NCBI RefSeq assembly: GCF_018350175.1
Contig: NC_058368.1
Location: 190,156,001 to 190,220,000, forward strand
DNA length: 64,000 nt
Source of the DNA: Felis catus
Taxonomy: Eukaryota
Direction of reading: 5' to 3'
Both the position numbers and the translations under genes were made by a program. Below are positions 15,171 to 28,519 of the stretch, one piece after another; position 1 is the first letter of the stretch; the number at the start of each line of letters is the position of its first letter. The notes under the pieces were generated by a model, which searched no databases, was not told the DNA's origin, and was given only the letters and a program-made list of their open reading frames with translations.

Positions 15171-15665
15171 ATATGCTCTGATGGTTTAGAAAGCCTGACG
15201 TGGGTTCAGGACTGGGCAGGGGGTAGAATCCTGCTTTCTATCTGCCATCCCCATCTAGCCCAAAGCTACAGCTTTACAGATGATGGAACTGAGGCCCAGA
15301 GAATAAAAGAGTCTTGACCAGTGTCATGTATCTGGAGACTGCCACAGGAGACAAGAATAAAGAAAAAAGATGGTAGGAGGTGGGGTGGGGGTGGGAGGGC
15401 AAGGGATAAAATTGCTGTTTAAATTGTGGGATAACTGATAATTGTATTTGACCATTGTCCAAAGAGGGTCTAGATGGGGCAAAAAATGATCGCCAGCCAA
15501 TTACAGAGAAAATCTGGCAGCCTTGGAAGAATCAGTACCATTCTGAGGATCAGTTTGCAGGAGACTGTTTGCCTTTTTTTGGCCAAAGGAATGAGAGCTC
15601 CTCTCAGTGGGCAAAAGCCTTTCCAGACTGGTCCCTGAAAGCATCGTGCGTACAGATGCCTGCTG

Positions 15666-15679
15666 GTTGCCATGGTGAA
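15666..15679. promoter_or_regulatory. X-box-like motif GTTGCCATGGTGAA near the putative FNDC9 5' end
   Basis: Left half matches the consensus exactly, right half is degenerate. Confidence 0.35.
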
Positions 15680-15835
15680 TGATGCTGATCTGAAGAAATG
15701 AATAATGTGAGCGTTGGGGGCGACAGTGGGATTACTCAGACAGTGGCGAGAGAGACATCAAGGAGAGCCCAGAGCAGAGGAGGGGAGAAGGCTCCATTCC
15801 TTCAGCTTTGGTCCACTCTGTCTCTGCCTCTGCAG

Positions 15836-15869
15836 GCTGCGTTCTAACCAGATCCACCGCGAGCATCAG
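15836..15869 (+). other. FNDC9: Candidate upstream (5'UTR) exon or exon 3' end of FNDC9
   Basis: Strong donor CAG|GTAAGG at 15869/15870 about 2 kb upstream of the coding-exon acceptor; preceded by a pyrimidine tract plus tgcag acceptor; true 5' boundary unknown. Confidence 0.5.
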
Positions 15870-17899
15870 GTAAGGGACATAAATGACTCTTCTTGGAAAT
15901 GGAAATGGCTTCTTTCACACTCTGCTTGGAGGACGGCCAGGCAATGGTAATATGAATAGCTAAAAATAGGGGGAATTTAGAAACAGAAGCAGAGAAAGAA
16001 AAACAAATAAGGGAGACTGATTTGGTCTCCAAAGCTGAGGATGCTGCTATAGTGTCTTGCCAGAAAGCTCTTAAAAATGTCTGCTGTAGAGAACTCAGTC
16101 TGCAAAGACAGCCAGCAGCAGATGTGAGGCAAACAAGAGAGAAGAGTCATGACAAAAAAACGCGATTCCCGATCACCCCTGATGGAAGGGTTTTACAAAG
16201 GCCATAGCCTCTGTATTATAAGTAATGAATTAAGCTCTTTTCATTGTGGTCAGAAGTGTGTTTATAGGGATGTGTGGGGTGGAGTGGATGGGGGAGCTTA
16301 TGAGAAAGGAGACTGATGAAGGGAGCTCAAATAGTCTCCTTGGCAATGACCTTCCCGGGAGGGATCTGAGCACACCTGTCTTGTCCCTTTCATTGCCTGT
16401 GTTTCTGGGATGAAATTTCCAACCAAACAGAAGGGAATTATTCCCCTTCCCGAGCATTTTAGTTCACCGTCATCCTTAGAGAAGAAAAACAAGGACTGAA
16501 AAATCACTCAATGCTCTGCATCTCTCTGCCCACCTCTTCTAGGAGAGTGGGCATGAAAATAGAGGGTCGGAGGGAGGCAGGGAAGACAGAAAGCAGCTTG
16601 TGATAGAAATCAGTTTGGCTTCATAGCCAATTCAGGCTAAAATCTGGTTGACGGGTTTTTACTAGGTCATTAATATCTAAAACGAAGGCTTCTGTATTTC
16701 ACGTGAGACAGAAGGGGCAGAGAATAGGGCTGGGTAAGACCTGTACATGAACATACACAGGTTGAATGAATACAGCGGTCCCTGAATCATAGATCAGGGG
16801 GAAATTCAGTGGAGGGGAAACACTATGTCTCTAACAGAGAGAATTTAAGAGAAACCCCCAAATCTTGAAGATGGTGTTCTCTTACCAAAGCCCTAAGGCT
16901 GGGAATCTGAAGAGGGCTCATTTGATTTGTGGAAAAACAGCAACCAGGTCTGCGTACCAACACCTCATTTTGTGGTAACATCCTGTAACTAAACCCAGCA
17001 GCCTTGCATTTGGAAATCCAGCAATTACGGGGCTTTGAGTCTACTTATCAGCTGAGTGACCTCAGATTGCTCACCTATACAAAGGGGACCTAGCTCAGAG
17101 GGTGTGACATTTATTATGGCCTGTGAGCATGCAGCATGACACATACTAGATGTGACACAGCAACCACTCACTAACTGCTGGTGGTTAGTATCATCATCGA
17201 TATTCACAGTACCAGAGAAACTGAGCAGTAGCAATTATGCTGGTATTAGGAGCTGATTATCTTGACCTACACAACTAATTTCCTGGGTACGTTTGCCTTT
17301 GGACAAACAAACAAAGAAATAAAACAGGAGCAGAGGCATTGGGGAGAAATCAGCTGCCAAGGAGTGATGACGCAAATCTCCTCTCTCACGGGCAATAGAG
17401 CTGGGAGGCTAAAATCGCAGTGGGCAGAATGTTCTAGATGACTGAGCTCACAGCACTTGCAGTAAAAGCAGAAGTTCCAGAAGGGATATTGTAGGTGATA
17501 TAATTGTCTGACTTGGAGGTTGCAAACGTGTGGTGACTAATGTAGGGACGTTAATCGGGTGGTCTGATTTCTTTTATTGCCTCTCTTATTTTAAAGGGTT
17601 GGAAACAATGTTTTACCTAAAAGATCTCAGCCAGGGCAGGATGAGGCTGGGGGGATGTGAGTGCATCTTTTTCAGGCCTGAAGGCCTCAGGCTTTGACAT
17701 GAGACAGCCCTGATTTTGTTCTGTCATGTCTTAGCTATACCTTAGCTGAGTAATGTAACCTCTTGTCCTCCATTTCTTTGCAGAATAGGGACAATTATTA
17801 GTCTCCATCTTGAATGTGTAATATATGCTGGTATGATGATCATAAATACTTAAGCAAGGGGATGTCACTTTTCACTTTGATTCTGGTTCTAGAATCAGG

Positions 17900-18613
17900 A
17901 TGAACATCGAGGTTGGGAACGTTTCTTATACAGGAGCCATCATTTCCTGGTCGTCCTCGGAGCCCTGTCTGGAGGACTATTACCATATTATGTATAGGCC
18001 CAACTGGAACAGCATCTTCTCCGGCTATCTTCGCTACAGCTTCCACCACGAGGAGAAAGTGCCTCGAACGATCAGTTCTGTGGTGCTGGAACACCTCGCC
18101 CCTTCCACTCTCTACTTCCTGTGCATCAGTTGCAAGAAGGCTGCCTTCCCTTATAGGCACTACTGCACCATGTTCCATACCCTGGATAAGAGTCCACTGG
18201 CTGCTGGGAGCTCCCTGGTGGACCCCCAAATTTCCCTTTGGGTGTTGATGGCCATTCTGCTGGCCTGCTTCACAGCCGTCTTAGCTTTTATCTGCCTCCA
18301 GTTCTGGTGTATCCGTTGCCATGAGCCTCGATGGTCTTACAGAGCCGGCCACATGGAGGAAGCCAATGGCTTGGTGAGATGGCCGGAGGAGGCCCCAGCT
18401 CTTGGTCAGAGAGAGGAAGACCTGCAGGGGCTCCCCCTGGTGGAAATGCCACGCAAGAACTCCGGAGCTGATGCAGAACCAGAAGCAGAAGCTGAAGACA
18501 ACCAGGATGCAGCAGCTGACCAGGATGCCGACAATGAGGATGCCCCTGATGAGGGTGCCTTGCTGGGAGGGGGTGGTGATCATCCCGCCATACTGCCTCG
18601 TTTTGGGGAGTGA
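17900..18613 (+). CDS. FNDC9: Fibronectin type III domain-containing protein 9 (237 aa; FN3 domain, one TM helix, acidic tail), nested antisense in a CYFIP2 intron
   Basis: Intact single-exon ORF MNIEVGNVSYTGAIISW...; hydrophobic segment ISLWVLMAILLACFTAVLAFICLQFW; splice acceptor ttctag ends at 17892; FNDC9 is known to be nested in CYFIP2. Confidence 0.95.
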   Translation: MNIEVGNVSYTGAIISWSSSEPCLEDYYHIMYRPNWNSIFSGYLRYSFHHEEKVPRTISSVVLEHLAPSTLYFLCISCKKAAFPYRHYCTMFHTLDKSPLAAGSSLVDPQISLWVLMAILLACFTAVLAFICLQFWCIRCHEPRWSYRAGHMEEANGLVRWPEEAPALGQREEDLQGLPLVEMPRKNSGADAEPEAEAEDNQDAAADQDADNEDAPDEGALLGGGGDHPAILPRFGE

Positions 18614-20561
18614 GAGGTAGGGAGGAGGCAGCCTGCATCATGTAGCTTAAAGCCCTCTATACAGTAGTTCTTTTGTAAAAATGCGTCTCTAGGCTGCCCA
18701 TTTGTCTCCCCTCAAATGTCAGTGCTCTTGTGGATCGCCTGGGTTTGATGGATGCCCCATGGCAAAGCTTCTCAAGCTGGAAAGCATACACCCCCACGGT
18801 ATGTCAAAGGAGAAATATGGCGTCTCTTAGGAGCGTCCATTTAGGGGAAGCCAGTTAGGAATTTAAAATGTTATTTTAATATTAAAACAAACATGAATAT
18901 ATTATGGTAGAGAAAGCAAAATTTGCATGGCTTAAATAAAACACAATACTCTGAGGAAACTTTCGAGTTGATGGTGGGCTCTCTGGGTTATGCTTCCAGT
19001 CAGCTGAGGCAGATGTCCAGTGTCCACTGCTGTTGGGGGGATTATTTTGGAAAGGCTGAGGAGCCTTGCCCTAGAGTGTTTTCCAGCTTTCAGGCTATCA
19101 CATAACACCTCGTACCCCACCTTCATTTTGTTTAAACCACAGATTATCTGTACTGTTATTAACAATATTTTTCTTTTGACTCACTTTTCAAACTTAAACT
19201 TATTTTAAAAGATAGACTTCTATGACTCCATAAATGAAAAGCCAGCACCCTCCTTCTATAAACAGAAGAGATATAAGAATAAACGTAATGAAAACAACAT
19301 AATATTAAGTTTGACTTAGATCCTATTGCCTATTAAAGCCTCTGAGCTTAAGGTCTGCTCTCTTAGCTTTGATAAAAAGGGAGATCGGAGAGCAGAAGGT
19401 ATTAAGACATACTAGCATCAACAGAAGTCTTTCTCCTTGTTATAATTACAAGGTTTGAAAGAGATTTGAAGTGGGAGGTGTTGTTCTTACTTTGTAATTC
19501 AGCGTTTTTCAATGACATGTCTGTGAGCTACCCAAAATGCTGGCTATAATGTCCCTTGATTTGAGAAAGTTGCTTTGACCAGACTGGCCATCTTGGAGAG
19601 GACACCTGCACTGTCCCAGCATCATCCCAAGAGCCTCTAAGCCCACCCACCTGTAGGCCCAAGTGGTGGGAGCTCACTGGTTTGCCACACTTCCTGATCT
19701 AGGGGTCCTCGACCTTAGAGGAGTACCTTTTCTCATATATATTCAGTCAAGTTCTTCTTCTGAGTCCATCTGTGCTTACTTTTTAAAAAACGGGGTCAAA
19801 GGTGGCCATTTCTATTCCATCACGAAGAAAAATGTTGCCTTTGCTGCTGTTGGTTGACACATTTCACCCTGTCGGTGTCGTTCTCCCCTTCACACCCGCA
19901 GGGTAAGAAATGGATCTCCTACACATACCACAGTGTTGTGAGACTTTGTGAACACTGCCCCCTGTCCCTACCATGGGTGTGGAAATTCAAGAAGGGCAGA
20001 AATGACATCTGTTTTAATCTCTGATATATTCCCAGCATGCAGAATCTAGCCCAGTGTCTGGCCTATAGTGGGCGCTTAATAAATGTCTATTTAATGAATG
20101 GCAAAGGACTGAGGGTCTAGAACAGGGCACCATTTGGGAGGTCTAGTTAGGGTCAGGATGTGCATTGTGAACAAAGCAGTAAAGAGATGGGAGAAGACCT
20201 GTCTCTCAGCTCTAGCTCGAGCCATCTGGGATTTCCTTCAAACTCCACCTTCCCAATTGCTTCCTGTCTGCAAATCTCTTATCTTTATGGAACACAAAAA
20301 ATCCCAGAATTGCAGGATGATACGGCAATGAATCGACTGAGAAACAGGAGGAGATGGGGTGAAGACAAGAAGCCCCACACACCTACTTCCCTGCTCACCT
20401 CTGTGACGTGCTCCCCAAACAATTCCCACCCAGGATCCAGCCCCCCCAGGTCTACGTTCACCCCCGCGCTTGCTAGTTGTGCACAAATAAAGATGAATCT
20501 GCTTGCACTTGTTTCTCACTACTGCCTCTTTATCTCTACATCTTCTTACTTTTCTGATTCA

Positions 20562-20747
<186 letters not shown>

Positions 20748-21056
20748 TTAACCAGGCCCAAAGAGTATTCTTCACGGGACACAGCCTCACCAGAGCCCCT
20801 CCTGACCAGGTGCAACCACACTGTTTCTTAGGTGGTTGCCTATAAAGACACAACTCTTCTGACATGCTCCCATTCATTCCCCTAGTGTCTCCTTTCTATA
20901 GATGGGAAAACTGCAGCCCAGATTCCCAGGCTAGACTCTGGGTTTATGGCTCGCTTACAAGGACATAGGCAAGAAGTGACAATTGGCTGGGCCTGAAAAC
21001 GGCCTTCTCTGGGGCTCTGATCCTTCCCTATCCACCCACTTTGGCTTCTTAAGAGT

Positions 21057-21371
21057 AGGGTTCCACAAACTCTGTGAAGGCCCAGATAGGAAACATTCTC
21101 AGCTTTACAAGCCAGATGGTCTCTGTCACCATTACTCAACTCTGCTGGTAGTGTGAAAGCACCCAAAAACAATTGTAGATGAATGAGCACGGCTGAGTTC
21201 CAGTAAAACTTTATGAATTTCAAATAATTTTCACTTGTCATCAAATTAGAATTCTTCTTTGGATTTTTTCCCCAACCATACAAAAATGTCAATAGTATTC
21301 TTTGCTCATGGGTTGTACAGAAACAGTTGGCAACAAGATGTGGTTTGTGGGCGATAGTCTGCAGATCTCTG
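21057..21371. mobile_element. MER58-like hAT-Charlie fossil
   Basis: gtgaaggcccagatagg...actcaactctgc...ttccagtaaaactttat. Confidence 0.75.
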
Positions 21372-21579
21372 CTCAAGAGGATTAAAAGTCCCAAATCTTT
21401 ACAGAACTGGAAGTCTGTCTTGCTAAGTGTGTGGATTTAGGCTCATCTGTGGTTTCCTCCTAGACCCTTCTATTCATTCAACACATACTAATTTAATACT
21501 GGCTCTGAGCCAGGCCCTGAGAGTACTGAGAAGACCTGTAAACACATGCATATTTGTGTATCCTCATGGCCTTGTGTTT

Positions 21580-21772
21580 TCTTAAGAAAGAGAGAGTGTG
21601 TGTGCACGTGTCAGTGCGGGTGGGGCAGAAGGAGAGGGGGAGAGAGAATCCCAAGCAGGCTCCATGCCCAATGTGGAGCCAAATGTGGGGCTTCTTCTCA
21701 TGACTATGAGATCATGACCTGAGCTGAAATCAAGAGTCAGACGCTTAACCGACTAAGCCACCCAGGTGCCCC
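21580..21772 (-). mobile_element. CanSINE
   Basis: gagagaatcccaagcaggctcc...gagatcatgacctgagctgaaatcaagagtc...cccaggtgcccc. Confidence 0.9.
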
Positions 21773-22541
21773 TCACGTACTTGCGTTGTGCGTGAATACA
21801 CCTCACCTCTTCTGTCAGGTTTTGAACCTCTGTGGAGATGAGGGATTAGGTCTATGTCCTCACCTCGGTGCCCGACCCAGGGCTGTGTGCACCTTGCAGG
21901 AGACACGCAGCACTTCGTCATGCACATGTATGCCTGTTTTGCATGAATGTGTTCATGCATGTGGATGTCCTCATAAAGGTACCATCTGATCATAAAGCAC
22001 CATATGGGATCCTATGTTGGCCTATGGAGTAGTGCACGGCCTGGTTCCTGCTTCTTCCTGGGTCCTACACTATCTTTCAAGGCATCATTCCCCATCCCAT
22101 CTGTTCCACCTTCACCAGGCTCTCTAGGTTCCTTGGAGACTTTGTCTGAAATATTCTTCTCCTGTCTTTTCATCTTATTTATTCCTACTCATCCTTCACA
22201 TCTCTTCTCAAGCATTACTTCCTCAGAGGAGGAAGCCTCTCTAGAGGTTCCCATCACTTCCCAGATTGGATTAGGTGGTGCTATTTTACTCTCTCATGAC
22301 TGGGGGCTTCTTTTCCATCTCCAAGTTTATTGTTTCTAACAGTACATCTATTGTGTGATTGTTGGATCACCTGCATCCTCCTCTAGCCTGGAGGCTCTCA
22401 GAGGCAGGAAGGTGTCTGCTTGGTCACCATGGCATCCCCACCTGCAGCACAAGAGGGACTCCAAAAGATGCCTGTTGCAGGAAGGAACTGTTTCCCCCAC
22501 CCTCAGCCCACCCCAGCCCCCTTGGCCCAGGGAGTCCCTTA

Positions 22542-22802
<261 letters not shown>

Positions 22803-25800
22803 TTATCTTATGGATTCCTTTCAAGCGGGGGAGAGCCTCTCAGACAACCTCCCAGCTGCTGACGTGGAGACTAGGATCCCACAGTGACATGGGACAACAC
22901 GCTCTTCTTTGGAGGAGGGACTGCCAGACTGTGCTGAGGGAAGCTGCATGCCTGCTCTGGGAAGGGGACCACAGACCAGGTTCAAGTCCCCTGTCTGTAC
23001 GTCCCTTGGGTGGAAAGCATGCCTGCTTGCTTTCCAGTTCCCATATTGGTGAGGGAAAAGTTCCCCTCTCAGTGTTGCAAGTCAGCAAAAGGAAAGGTCT
23101 GACTGGCTGTCACCAGAGAATCTATCTCTGCCCTGCAGAAAGCAATCATGAGTTACCACTCGCTAAGTACTTACAATTAGGTCAGACCATGTGAAGCTAC
23201 TGGTCTTTTATTAAATACTGTTGAGTATTAGTAGTTTCATATGGTTCAGTTTAATATATGCCAAACAGTATCCTAAGCACTTTATGTGTGTTGACTCATT
23301 TAATGCTCAAAAAACCCTGTATGGTTACCATTATGGTTTTCTTTATGCACAGAGAAACTGAGGTTTTGAGAAGTTAAATAGCTTGACTCCAAATCCAGGA
23401 AGTTGGGCTCCAAAGTCCGTATTCTTAACCACTGTATACGATAGAAATTTAAAAAAATAGCTGGGGGCAGAATGCCCCCTCCTTTGGGTTCCTCTTGTGT
23501 CTCTCAGTCACAGGGTTGGTTTCATGTTGGTGAAGGTACAGCTGAAAGCCATGAACCAAGGGCCCATGTGATTGCTTGGAACCCTACCTTCAAGCAGAGA
23601 ATGGGAGCAAAGTGGACAATATGCAGATACAACAGGTCACTGCATTTGTTGGCAAGTAAAAGGAGAGTGGACCCCTTTGGGTTGGCTTGGTCCCTTGTGC
23701 TGCTGTCAAAAAGAATCAAAGCACAATCTTATGCAGAGAGAAGGCATCCTTCTTTTTGATGCTCTAGGACACTCCCATATTGCTGTGGTGAAGTGTTTTT
23801 CTGAGATCCTCCTGTTTCATAGAGGGGACAAATGAGGCTCAGAGGGTGAAGTAATTTGCCCGGGGTCACACAGGGAATATAGAACATGGTTTAGTAGGTG
23901 ATCCCAGGTCTTCTGACGTCAAATCACATGTTTAGGCCCCTATGATGTAGCTGCCTGGAGTAAAGAAGCAGTTTGCCAAGAAAGCCCTTTGAAAAGTAAC
24001 AATGGTTAAAGTAAAGATGTTTTACAATATAAAAATTCAATGAACACTGGCAAGGGCAGTTCACCAGTGTGGCCAAGAAGTGGGACAGCCAGAGGGCCAG
24101 CCTTACTGGTTGGGACGTGGAGTTCAGGTGTCTATGGTCACAGGCTGCAGCCCCATATCAGGGAATCAATTTTATTTTCATCAGTCACAAGACCTCCCTA
24201 ATGCTGGTTGGGGTTCAGAGTGTGGTCAGGTAGACGCCCCAGACTATGCTTAGAATCTGAGAGATTTGCCTTTCTGAAACTCAGATTCTATGGCTCTAAA
24301 TTGGGGGTATAGAACTGCATCAAAGCTTGCAAACCTAAATGGCTATAGAGGCCAGACAGCTCAGGCAAGAGAGACAGTCAGAAGCAGGGGGGATTCCTGG
24401 GGCTGGGTCTCTGTGGCAAAACGTCTGTCCAGATAAGGGTGACTCCATACAGGTATTACCTCTTCAGAATGGGCTCAGTGATGACAGATCCCAGGGTCTT
24501 TCAGAAGAAGGGAAAAATCTGGATTTTAGTTCTGGAATGGCAACTGGAAGAATACGTTTCCAGTCACTGTGCACCGTGAAGCAAATGAAGGGAAGAAAGA
24601 GAAAATCACCTCTCTGCTTCTGTTAGGGCATAGCCAGCTGGACTATTATTTTTGTTCCCATTCACTTAGAATGGGTAAAATAAAATAAAATAAAGTAAAA
24701 TAAAATAAAATAAAATAACATAAAAGGAGTAAATGCTAATGATTTTATTTCCGAGCTCACTGAGTCCCTTGGTACACTGAGGTAATGTGTTACTAGGCAG
24801 ACAACTGCAAATAAAAAACCAGGGAACAATTTCTGTTCTAATGCTCTGTGATTTCAAGAGCCTCACAAATGTGTATCAGTGTTTACAAGGGAGACCAACG
24901 GAGGGAGTTCTTAGCTCTGCTGATGGGGGGGGGGGCTCCTAGAAATGTAGATCTACTTCTTCCATCATGCAACCGCACCGAGGTTTTTGTTACATAGTTC
25001 AAACTGTTTTGGCATCAGCCATGTTCTTCTGGCCTTTAAATCATAGGAGGGCACCTGCCTCTGGGATGCAGAACCCAGTGCATCAAGGCACAGAAGGTTT
25101 ACAAGGCCATGTGGGTGGCTCAGGTGCCTTCTGAGAAGGTCTGAATTTTCTATAGTCAAGCCAGTTTCCTGAGAGCAACGCAGAGCAGCAGAACTGAAGA
25201 AATAAAACACATCATGGGACAACTTCTGTGAAAGAGTAGAAAGAGCTCTTTGCTGGGAACCAGAAAGACTGAGTGTCAGCCATATTGGACCGCTGACCTG
25301 CTCTGTGGCCCCAGGTAGGCGAGAAGAACAGGGGTCTCAAAGTCAGGTGCAGCAAGGCATGGAAGGTCATACACAGGAATGAAGTGCACCAGTGGGGCTC
25401 GGGGCAAGCTAAAGAGAGCACAACCCGCCTGATGGGATCGTCTAGTCATTTCTAGACAATTGTTGCCATCTGGAAAGGCTGGTGTGATGTTGCCAGAGCT
25501 TCTGCAGTTTTATTCAAATTCTTCCAAATGTTAAATGTTGGCTCAAAATTTCAAATGTGCTCTATAGCCTAAACAAAACACAGCCTGCAAGCTGCCAGCC
25601 CTCCAATTCAGCATCAGAGCTCTCCGAGAATCTATTTGCTCAGCTGTGTAGGATGAGGACAACTGGCTTGAGAAATCCCTGCCACCCTCCCAGCTTGGCA
25701 TCAAGCCGCCTTCTCATCTCAGAGTGGAGTTTCTAAGGTGGAGGGAAGGGCTGAAGGGAGCACATTCCTCAGTTTGTTTCTCAGAAGAGGCAGAAGCTTC

Positions 25801-26154
25801 TGAGCCAAGGCCAATGAGGGCCTCCCGACCCCACAGGAGAGAGCATCCCTGGGGTCTCCTCTTCCTGGGCTTCACAGGAAGTGGCTACTCTCCTGGGGGC
25901 TGCCCTCACCTGATAAACACCAGCTTTCACTGCTTGTTTTGATTTTGTTCCCAGCTAAAAGAACATTCAGTGCCTTTCAAGGAGTGGGAAGAGGCTATGG
26001 ACACCCACCGACACCTCAAAACAGATTTTCCATGAGATAGGCTCATTCATTACTGGACAACAAGAAGATACAGATAAACAACAAAGATGAAAACAAAAAT
26101 CCCACCGCTTGGAGATAATCACTGCTAACATTTTGGCATAAACAAAGAATAATC

Positions 26155-26260
26155 TCCTCCTTCCTTCCTTCCTTCCTTCCTTCCTTCCTTCCTTCCTTCC
26201 TTCCCTTTCTCTTTCTCCCTCCCTCCCTTTTCTTTTTTCTTTCTTTCTTTCTTTCTTTCT

Positions 26261-26312
<52 letters not shown>

Positions 26313-26443
26313 TTTCTTTCTTTCTTTCCTTCCTTCCTTCCTTCCTTCCTTCCTTTCCTTTCCTTTCCTTCCTTCCTTCCTTCCTTCCTTCCTTCCTTCC
26401 TTCCTTCCTTCCTTCCTTCCTTCTTTCTTTCTTTCTTTCCTTT
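26155..26443 (+). repeat. Compound (TTCC)n/(TTTC)n microsatellite
   Basis: Directly visible. Confidence 0.97.
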
Positions 26444-26720
26444 CGTAAAATTCATTTCTTAAGATAGATCTCCCAGAAGAACATACGCTATATTATAATC
26501 TCTTAAAGTCACTGACCCAGGACTTAGGTGAGCATTTAAGGGGCAAGTCCTCTTAAGAAATGCTACTGAAAATTCACTCTGAGAATGTTTCATTGTTAGC
26601 CCTAAATTTCTATGCTCTTCTTTTTTTTTTTTTATAGAAGTTATAATTTATTAAGTGCAAAGTACTATGCAAAGCTCTTCCAGGCTGTAAAGAGTCATCC
26701 TTATAAAAATGCTATACTGT

Positions 26721-26934
26721 GGGGCGCCTGGGTGGCGCAGTCGGTTAAGCGTCCGACTTCAGCCAGGTCACGATCTCGCGGTGCATGAGTTCGAGCCCCG
26801 CGTCAGGCTCTGGGCTGATGGCTCAGAGCCTGGAGCCTGTTTCCGATTCTGTGTCTCCCTCTCTCTCTGCCCCTCCCCCATTCATGCTCTGTCTCTCTTT
26901 GTCTCAAAAATAAATATTGAAAAAAAATTAAAAA
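26721..26934 (+). mobile_element. Young felid CanSINE (SINEC_Fc-like)
   Basis: ggggcgcctgggtggcgcagtcggttaagcgtccgact...; CpGs retained; 16-bp TSD aaaaatgctatactgt at 26705-26720 and 26935-26950. Confidence 0.95.
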
Positions 26935-27159
26935 AAAAATGCTATACTGTGAATTCTAATATTCCTCCATCATGAGATGGGGAAACAGGCTGGTAGAAGT
27001 GAAGTAACTTGCCAAGACTGCCCAGCTAGTATGTGGCAGGGCCAGGACTGGGACCCTAGCTAGGTCTTTCTGACTCTAGACCCTCATTCCTAGTCACCGT
27101 TTTTTTGTTGTTGTTGTTGTTATTGTTTTTTTTGTTTTTAACCACTTTGTCCACCTAAG

Positions 27160-28255
27160 AAAGCAAATTTTATTTTGAAATAATTTTAGACTTTCAGGAA
27201 AGTTGTGAAAAAGCAGAGCTCCTGTGTATCCTTGACCCAATTTCCTCATGTTAACATCTTACCTAATCATAATTATCAAAAGTAGGAAATAAACATTGGT
27301 CCAATTCTATTAACTAAATGACACCCCTTATTCAGATTTCATCAGACTCTTCACGAGGGTCCTTTTGTTTGTTCTAGGATTCAATTCAGCATCTCACATT
27401 GCATTTAACTGTCATATCTCCTTAGTCTTTTTGAATCACTAACATTTTCTAATCTCAGTCTTGTATGATCTGGATGCTTTTGAAAAGTATTGTTCACTTT
27501 TTTTTTAAAATGCTATTTGATTGGAATTTATCTGATATTTTCTCATGATTAGGTTGAGAACATGCATTTTGGCAAGAATACCACAGAAGAATACATAACG
27601 GGGGATACATGAATATCTGTTAATACTGGTGATGTTAATCTTTGATGCTTGGTTAAGATGGTATCTGCCAAGTTTCCCCAGTGTACAGTTATTATTCTTT
27701 CCTTTGGAGTTAATAAGTATCTTGAAGAAGATAATGTGTTCAAGAATCCTGCTTCTTCGTTTTTTTTTTTTAATTTTCAAGTAATTTTTAAAATTACAGT
27801 AAAACATATAACATAAAACTTACCATCTTAAGCATTTTAAAAAAAATGTTTATTTACTTATTTTGAGAGATAGAACACAGGTGGAGGGGCAGAGGGAGAG
27901 ACAGAATCCCAAGCAGGCTCCACACTGCCAGTGTAGAGCCTGACACAGGTCTTGAACTCATGAACCTGTGAGATTATGACCTGGGCAGAGACTAAGAGTC
28001 AGATGCCAAATGGACTGAGCCACCCAGGTGCCCCCACTTTAACGTTTTTAAGTGTATAGCTCTGTGGCATTAAGTACATTCACATTATTTTGCAACCATC
28101 ACCACCATCTGTCTCCAGAACTAATTTTCCTCAACCAAAACTCTGTACCCATTAAACACCAATTTCCTAGTTTCCAGTAATAAAAATCCCACTTTCTGTC
28201 TCTATGAATTTTACTACTCTAGGGACCTCATAATAAGAGGAATCATAAAATATTC
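27160..28255 (-). mobile_element. Old L1 3' fragments (L1MC/L1MB-like), interrupted by a CanSINE
   Basis: ttttattttgaaataattttaga...; ttaagtacattcacattattttgcaaccatcaccacc...tctgtctctatgaattt. Confidence 0.7.
27846..28035 (-). mobile_element. CanSINE
   Basis: acagaatcccaagcaggctcc...gagccacccaggtgccccc. Confidence 0.88.
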
Positions 28256-28519
28256 TTCTCAAAGCTCTGCCTACTAATTTCAGCATTCTTTGCTGGATTT
28301 TGCTCACAACAATTGTCACCGTGGTGCTTTAATGGTGATTTTTTATTTCTCTCATTCCTTCCACTCATCTGCTTTTGAAAGCATTAAAGTCCTCCTTTGA
28401 TTCACTTCAGGACTGCTCAATCAAGTTTATTCTAATTCCTGGAGAAGAAGAGTCAGCAGAGAGTAGCTCAAATTACTGTTTAATAGAAGAAAGTAGGCCT
28501 GTCCCATGCTTGTGCATCA

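Noticed and set aside
17840..18641. Overlapping antisense and alternative-frame ORFs over FNDC9
   Set aside because: Shadow ORFs of a GC-rich coding exon
18950..20085. FNDC9 polyadenylation signal
   Set aside because: Several AATAAA hexamers (near 18955, 19278, 20078); cannot choose without transcript data
26721..26800. tRNA-like A/B box sequence
   Set aside because: Head of a tRNA-derived CanSINE, not a tRNA gene
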